Virus record (IMG/VR): IMGVR_UViG_3300035670_000291
Location: 1 to 52,487 of that record
Strand: one strand, 5' to 3'
DNA length: 52,487 nt
Origin: a virus
Lineage: Duplodnaviria; Caudoviricetes
Part shown: positions 47,782 to 52,487 of the stretch, piece after piece
Layout of the letters: the number at the start of each line of letters is the position of its first letter
How positions within the stretch are numbered: the stretch's first letter is position 1
Program-made: the position numbers and the translations under genes
Notes under the pieces: model-generated
Told to the model about the DNA's origin: nothing
Database searches by the model: none
What the model saw: only the letters and a program-made list of their open reading frames with translations

Positions 47782-48138
47782 TTATAGAACATTGGTATCA
47801 AACCAATTGCGGATTGCATCTTCTACAATATCTTCAACAGAACTAGTATCTATATCAACGGCGGCCAGGTCAATCCTATCTCCTACCAATTCAAATTCAG
47901 CTGAGCCATAATCAATAAGGTTATTGTCATCCAATTTATCAGCTATTTCACTTCTAACAGAATCAATCAACTCAGCTATTTGTTCCTCTGTTATTTCTCG
48001 TGTGAAGTCATCATTATCTTCATCGCCCGCCGGCACATCAGATACATCATTCAATAATTTAATCACGTCCTCTTTTGTAAAGAAAGAAGCTGGACTATTC
48101 TTTACCAATTCAATTGTGTTTTCTAATTTACTTGTCAT
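47782..48138 (-). CDS. Very acidic hypothetical protein
   Basis: 118 aa, D/E rich. Confidence 0.7.
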   Translation of the reverse strand: MTSKLENTIELVKNSPASFFTKEDVIKLLNDVSDVPAGDEDNDDFTREITEEQIAELIDSVRSEIADKLDDNNLIDYGSAEFELVGDRIDLAAVDIDTSSVEDIVEDAIRNWFDTNVL

Positions 48139-48156
48139 ATTGTTTTGTTTTTGTTT

Positions 48157-48366
48157 TTAATTAATAGAGTCTAATTTACCATGGATGAATAATACACTAC
48201 CCAAATCAGGCACATCTATATTGTAGATGCCATCATTAGGATTTGATATATCGTCTACCTCAATCCATCCATAATCAATATCATTGTTGTCCAATAATTC
48301 GGAAAAAGCTCTTGCATCTAATTCATTGGCTAATAATTCCAAATTCAGTTTAGTTTGTGTTGACAT
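48157..48366 (-). CDS. Acidic hypothetical protein
   Basis: 69 aa, A-rich leader. Confidence 0.65.
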   Translation of the reverse strand: MSTQTKLNLELLANELDARAFSELLDNNDIDYGWIEVDDISNPNDGIYNIDVPDLGSVLFIHGKLDSIN

Positions 48367-48388
48367 AATTTTTTATTTTAATTGTTTG

Positions 48389-48495
48389 CAGTCAGGACAG
48401 GATTCGAACCTGTATGTAGTTTTCAAATTAGGCGTTCATCTCTTTCACATCAAGGCTGGGAGACGGCTTACATTGATACCATTTATCACCTGACT
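48389..48495 (-). ncRNA. tRNA-like RNA (107 nt) without a canonical anticodon arm
   Basis: Perfect acceptor AGTCAGG/CCTGACT, perfect T-arm ACAGG-TTCGAAT-CCTGT, D-like GATA-AATGG-TATC, ~60-nt non-canonical middle. Confidence 0.7.
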
Positions 48496-48500
48496 ATATT

Positions 48501-48647
48501 TCACCATCTTACATATACGCTTGCAAAAGCAAGAGCGATTGTAAGAACCATTTTTTTATTAGGGTGATATTCTGTTTTTTCAATAGAAATACCCAATTCA
48601 AACCACCAATCACCTTCCAATCTGTTTAGCATGAATTCTATAATCAT
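48501..48647 (-). CDS. Small hypothetical protein
   Basis: Probable start MIIEFML after AAAATAAAAGTT. Confidence 0.5.
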   Translation of the reverse strand: MIIEFMLNRLEGDWWFELGISIEKTEYHPNKKMVLTIALAFASVYVRW

Positions 48648-48660
48648 AACTTTTATTTTT

Positions 48661-48813
48661 TTAATAATCCATTCCGTAATAAGCCAATTGTTCAAAGGTA
48701 GTTACTGTACCAGATTCTACTAACTCAATTAGGCAATCAAATAATCTTTGGCTTTCTTCGTACACATAATCTTTTTCATGCTTATAACAATAATCCAATA
48801 ATTCTTGTTTCAT
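48661..48813 (-). CDS. Small hypothetical protein
   Basis: Probable start MKQELLDY after AAAATAAAAGTT. Confidence 0.6.
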   Translation of the reverse strand: MKQELLDYCYKHEKDYVYEESQRLFDCLIELVESGTVTTFEQLAYYGMDY

Positions 48814-48829
48814 AACTTTTATTTTTGTT

Positions 48830-49183
48830 TTAGTTATATTTACTAATCTTATTATCAATTTCAGCAATAGTATCATTAAGTAATTCACACATATCCCAAT
48901 CACTTATAGATGCGTAGAAATTACGTTCATATTCAAACTTCTCGCGTTGCAACTCCAAGTCATCTACCATTTGCTGGCGTGCTTCGGCAACTACTTCATC
49001 TACTATCTTACATTCATCGTAAAGAGCCGTTTGTACTTTCTCAACCAACTCTTCAGCGATAATCAATTGTTTGTCAAAGAATGTGGATGGATATTGCTTT
49101 GCTTCTTGCTTTGCAACATTCAATTGATTGCTAACGGCAACATACAGGGAGTTCAACTCCATAAGGTTCAATTGTAAATTCAT
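48830..49183 (-). CDS. Helical hypothetical protein
   Basis: 117 aa. Confidence 0.65.
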   Translation of the reverse strand: MNLQLNLMELNSLYVAVSNQLNVAKQEAKQYPSTFFDKQLIIAEELVEKVQTALYDECKIVDEVVAEARQQMVDDLELQREKFEYERNFYASISDWDMCELLNDTIAEIDNKISKYN

Positions 49184-49196
49184 ATAAGTATTTTAA

Positions 49197-49544
49197 TTAT
49201 TTTTCGTATCCGATAAATTTCTTTTCAACATCTACTACACCAAGCTTCAAAAAATCATTCCAGTTTGTGTGCAACCAATGATTTTGGACGTTATCCAATT
49301 CTCTACAAGCTTCATTGTGTACTTCGTCAATATCGTATTGATTGCTCATTCCATATCCACAAATACACTTACATAAAGCTGATAAGGTTTGATAATCGTC
49401 AATTGCGTATGCGGCATTGATTGCTTCGAAGATATTTTGTTTAGCTTCAATTGCAACCTTATCATTATGTTCATACATTTCCATACTCCACGGCTTGGTA
49501 ATTTCAATACCATACATTGTACCTAATACTTTCACTTTACTCAT
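49197..49544 (-). CDS. Hypothetical protein
   Basis: 115 aa. Confidence 0.65.
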   Translation of the reverse strand: MSKVKVLGTMYGIEITKPWSMEMYEHNDKVAIEAKQNIFEAINAAYAIDDYQTLSALCKCICGYGMSNQYDIDEVHNEACRELDNVQNHWLHTNWNDFLKLGVVDVEKKFIGYEK

Positions 49545-49558
49545 TCTTTATGTTTTAA

Positions 49559-49921
49559 TTATTTATCAGTATCTTCAGGCCTTACTGCGTTAGCATCCCT
49601 AAACCTAGCATCCACAATAGTTTCCAATTCAGGAACCAATTCGGATATTTCTTTTGCAGCTAACAATTCTTTCCTTTCGGATTTGGTTGAAGCTCTCTTA
49701 ACTGCTGCGGTGAATGATTTGATTAACTTCGCTTCACCTTCAATTTCATTAACAAACTTCAATACACTTTCAGTATCAACAAAGATACGAGGCTTATCCA
49801 TTTTAGGACCAGCAAGTTCATACACTTCATACCTATGGCGACCTTCACCAAAGTTATACAATTTGTTTTTCATAGTTACTTCGTAACCTGCTTTCAAGCC
49901 TTTCAATTTCATCTTTTTCAT
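49559..49921 (-). CDS. Hypothetical protein
   Basis: 120 aa; YEVYELAGP motif. Confidence 0.65.
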   Translation of the reverse strand: MKKMKLKGLKAGYEVTMKNKLYNFGEGRHRYEVYELAGPKMDKPRIFVDTESVLKFVNEIEGEAKLIKSFTAAVKRASTKSERKELLAAKEISELVPELETIVDARFRDANAVRPEDTDK

Positions 49922-49940
49922 ATCTTAATTATTTTATTTA

Positions 49941-50306
49941 TTATTTTACAATTCTACCCCAACCACCACAATTAGTATCGGTAACAAACCAACTCCAATC
50001 TTCATCATCTGAATAGAAACGGTCCCAATTCTCAGCTTTAACCAATTGCTTACCTTCGTATTTGATTACCTTAATATCTTTCAGTATCTTACGAATAGTT
50101 GAATAGTAACCATTCACTTCAATGTTTACCATACGTCTTTCACTTTCAAACATATAACGTACCACATTGGACCATGTTTTTGGTACGAACCCGGCATTGA
50201 GGTCAATTACATCACGCAATGGTTCATATATCCTAACTAGCATTTTCTTATTGTAAGAATCAAATCCTACTTTGTCTTCAAATAAATTGATATCAATTCT
50301 ATTCAT
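49941..50306 (-). CDS. Hypothetical protein
   Basis: Probable start MNRIDI at 50306. Confidence 0.65.
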   Translation of the reverse strand: MNRIDINLFEDKVGFDSYNKKMLVRIYEPLRDVIDLNAGFVPKTWSNVVRYMFESERRMVNIEVNGYYSTIRKILKDIKVIKYEGKQLVKAENWDRFYSDDEDWSWFVTDTNCGGWGRIVK

Positions 50307-50390
50307 ATATTTTGTTTTTGTTGTTGTTAAAAAAATACCCAATGTAGAAACATCGGGTCAAATTGAATGAGGATGAAAATTAAAAATATC

Positions 50391-50705
50391 TTAATGTGTA
50401 CTATTTAATTCGTATTCAAACTCTTTGAGTAATTCGGTTTCTATTTGATGTGCCAGAGCCTTACCCCTTACTACGTCTACAATGAACAAGTCATACACAT
50501 CTTCATTGTGTTCACGCATATCAATATACAATGCCCACTGTTTATTCTCACGTCTTGCTCTACTGAAATGTTTTTGTAAACGAAGTTTAGCTGAATAGTG
50601 GAAACGTCTGCCAATGGCTACAGTGATACCAATGTAAGATTTTCCATTTTCACTATTCACTATTTCATATATTACGTGGTTTCTATCTGAACGTTTCTTT
50701 CTCAT
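50391..50705 (-). CDS. Stand-alone GIY-YIG nuclease-domain protein
   Basis: VIYEIVNSENGKSYIGIT...RLQKH...IETELL...LN. Confidence 0.82.
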   Translation of the reverse strand: MRKKRSDRNHVIYEIVNSENGKSYIGITVAIGRRFHYSAKLRLQKHFSRARRENKQWALYIDMREHNEDVYDLFIVDVVRGKALAHQIETELLKEFEYELNSTH

Positions 50706-50710
50706 ACTAA

Positions 50711-50806
50711 TTACTTTTTAATAAAGGTTTGATAAAAGGCTTTAATTACTACATATCCAAACAAACTAACTGCGGATACTACAATGGCTTCAAAAATGGT
50801 TATCAT
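50711..50806 (-). CDS. 31-aa single-pass membrane peptide
   Basis: MITIFEAIVVSAVSLFGYVVIKAFYQTFIKK fills the gap between its neighbours. Confidence 0.5.
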   Translation of the reverse strand: MITIFEAIVVSAVSLFGYVVIKAFYQTFIKK

Positions 50807-50807
50807 A

Positions 50808-51035
50808 CTACTTATATTGGAATTTGAATTTATGAATTTGATTAGGGGTTAAAGTTTTATCACATTGTTTGTTGATAAAAGATTGAGCATCTTTTTTAGT
50901 GGTGAAAAACTTATTGGTATCATTAGGACCAGTTACCCTATACACAATGTATTTATAAGGTACAAAGTTTTCTTCGGCAAGTGCGAGAACCTTTGTAGTT
51001 TTTGTAATTTTGAATTTTGATTTGATAGAATTCAT
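50808..51035 (-). CDS. Basic hypothetical protein
   Basis: Probable start MNSIKSKF; YIVYRVTGP motif. Confidence 0.6.
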   Translation of the reverse strand: MNSIKSKFKITKTTKVLALAEENFVPYKYIVYRVTGPNDTNKFFTTKKDAQSFINKQCDKTLTPNQIHKFKFQYK

Positions 51036-51087
51036 ATTAATGTTGTTTGATGTTGTGAATGAATGTAGGAAATACAAAAGGCTGATA

Positions 51088-51459
51088 TTAATAACCAGCC
51101 ACTTTGTTAATGAATTCGTTTGAAAAACCTAAAGGTTTCAATTCAGAACGAAGTTCTTTCATAAACTTTTTAGGAATACGACCCATTGAAATAGGATATT
51201 CAGAAAGGATATTCTTCAAAGTAGTAGTTTCCTGTTTGAAGATAGAAAGAAACGCCATAGCTTCTTTCATTTTAGTTTTGTTAGCACATTTGATAACGTA
51301 CTTTTTACCTAAAAAATCGGTAAATTCTACTACCGTCAAAGGTTTAACTGAATTAGACATTTTAGAAGCTGAGAAATTCTTAAAAGGATTCTCAATAAGG
51401 TTACCTAAACGATTTGAAGATTTGATACCTTCGTTGAACTGAATTTGAAACTTACTCAT
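51088..51459 (-). CDS. Basic hypothetical protein, first gene of the early cluster
   Basis: 123 aa; A-rich leader; promoter upstream. Confidence 0.7.
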   Translation of the reverse strand: MSKFQIQFNEGIKSSNRLGNLIENPFKNFSASKMSNSVKPLTVVEFTDFLGKKYVIKCANKTKMKEAMAFLSIFKQETTTLKNILSEYPISMGRIPKKFMKELRSELKPLGFSNEFINKVAGY

Positions 51460-51504
51460 ATATAAAAAATTTTAATGTGTGGTTGGTTGGTGAATGAATA
51501 TATA

Positions 51505-51536
51505 CAAATATACGAAGATCCATAATACTGGCCAAA
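51505..51536 (-). promoter_or_regulatory. Bacteroidetes sigmaA-type promoter
   Basis: TTTG-N20-TATATTTG. Confidence 0.75.
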
Positions 51537-51681
51537 TTTTGAGAAAAAAAAGTTTATTGACAATCAATCACTTATACATATTTCTTTTTGTAATACCTGT
51601 AACTCGTTGATTGTCAATAAAAAATTTTTGAATATAGGGAAAACTGTAAAGGCCTGGAAATCAACGAGTTACGATTTTTCT

Positions 51682-51709
51682 ATTTAACATAATATAATAT
51701 ATCAGTAAA
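51682..51709. other. dif-like XerC/XerD site 1
   Basis: ATTTAACATAA (exact reverse complement of the E. coli dif XerD arm TTATGTTAAAT), 6-bp spacer TATAAT, then ATATCAGTAAA. Confidence 0.65.
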
Positions 51710-51755
51710 ACCACGCTTTTCCAGGCATAACTCATTGATTGTCAACCCTTTCCCT

Positions 51756-51784
51756 ATTTAACATAATAACACGTTATATACGGA
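51756..51784. other. dif-like site 2
   Basis: ATTTAACATAA, 7-bp spacer TAACACG, then TTATATACGGA. Confidence 0.55.
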
Positions 51785-52487
51785 ATGCAACTCATTGATT
51801 ATCAACGTTTTACGCATAACTAATTGATTCTTAATACTTTATGAATTAGAAAATTTTTATATCTAATCAGTATCCTTTTAGATAATTTCTATTTCACATC
51901 ACAGTCAAATTAAATTTTATCTAATGATCACCCGGAAAGTTAGACCAGGTCTACGTTTGGCAATATCATTTATTTTTCGTATCTTGCTCAAACCCTTATC
52001 AGGCTTGCGTTTGAAGGGATTAGACCGGTGAAGCAAAATAAAATTACTTGCGCAACTAATCTCCCTTATCCCCTTTACCCCTTATCGCAATGTTTTCTCT
52101 TATTGCAAAAAATTGTTTGCGCAGTGTGTTTGGGTGGGACTTTGCGATAAACGTTTCTATGCATTATACGCCATTACCGTTTATTATTCTTTTATACCCT
52201 ATCATAATTATTTTTATAGGGATTCCATTTTTATACACTCTTTCCCACTTACTTACACTTTCACCCACTTTTTTACTCTTATTGTTTATTTTGATACGTC
52301 TTTTCACTTTGATACACTATTTCACTTATTTCTTTCCATTCTTGCTCATCTATCTTATCTCCATTCAATAAATAGAAATTAGTTTGGGGTAATTCGTTTT
52401 GTATAAATAAGATATGATAATCTTTACTTATTGGTGAGTTAGATATTGTTTCAGTAAACATTCTTATCTTTTCTTGTGGAAATTGAT

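Larger units (their letters stand above)
51553..51834. repeat. Six copies of a 17-18-bp repeat, consensus TAACTCRTTGATTRTCAA, in mixed orientation
   Basis: Reverse: 51557-51574, 51655-51671. Forward: 51600-51617, 51728-51745, 51788-51805, 51817-51834. Perfect 15-bp inverted repeat 51553-51567 / 51607-51621. Confidence 0.85.

Noticed and set aside
48389-48495. tmRNA
   Set aside because: Too short, no tag ORF, no Ala-type G3-U70 acceptor.
50391-50705. Intron-encoded homing endonuclease
   Set aside because: Free-standing 104-aa ORF without a DNA-binding extension or interrupted host gene.
303-51442. Numerous plus-strand ORFs in the track
   Set aside because: They are antisense shadows of long minus-strand genes with no recognisable motifs; only 13343-13522 is accepted.
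51553-51834. CRISPR array
   Set aside because: Repeats are 17-18 bp, degenerate, in both orientations and irregularly spaced; no cas genes seen.
52090-52461. Three short ORFs at the right end
   Set aside because: Low-complexity F/L/Y/T-rich translations of a skewed region; a gene entering from beyond the edge cannot be excluded.
1-52487. Stop-codon reassignment
   Set aside because: Genes are intact under code 11; TGA ends genes in ATGA overlaps (16655, 37682, 41860, 46284) and TAG ends the gene at 50808.

Overview
AT-rich segment of a large tailed phage with a contractile (myovirus-type) baseplate. Almost all genes lie on the minus strand. Promoters of the TTTG-N19/20-TAnnTTTG type and A-rich, SD-less leaders point to a Bacteroidetes host. 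Read along the transcript from right to left: (i) a ~1 kb non-coding end region with two dif-like Xer sites set among six 17-18-bp repeats; (ii) small early genes with a GIY-YIG nuclease, a candidate glyco-lipoprotein, an atypical tRNA-Gly and a tRNA-like RNA; (iii) a GC-rich structured non-coding island at ~45.0-45.2 kb; (iv) candidate head-internal proteins, an HD protein, Hsp20, UvsE, peptide deformylase and a gp55-like sigma factor; (v) a baseplate/tail module; (vi) a Holliday-junction resolvase, a SET-domain protein, primase and a fused SbcD-SbcC; (vii) a 2977-aa tail fibre with a Peptidase S74 chaperone; (viii) a >1208-aa multidomain ORF missing from the ORF track, carrying an NadM-like nucleotidyltransferase, an HExxH zincin and a KxDG ligase-like domain separated by L/I-x-E linkers. 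Product calls come from motifs read by eye; no database searches were run.
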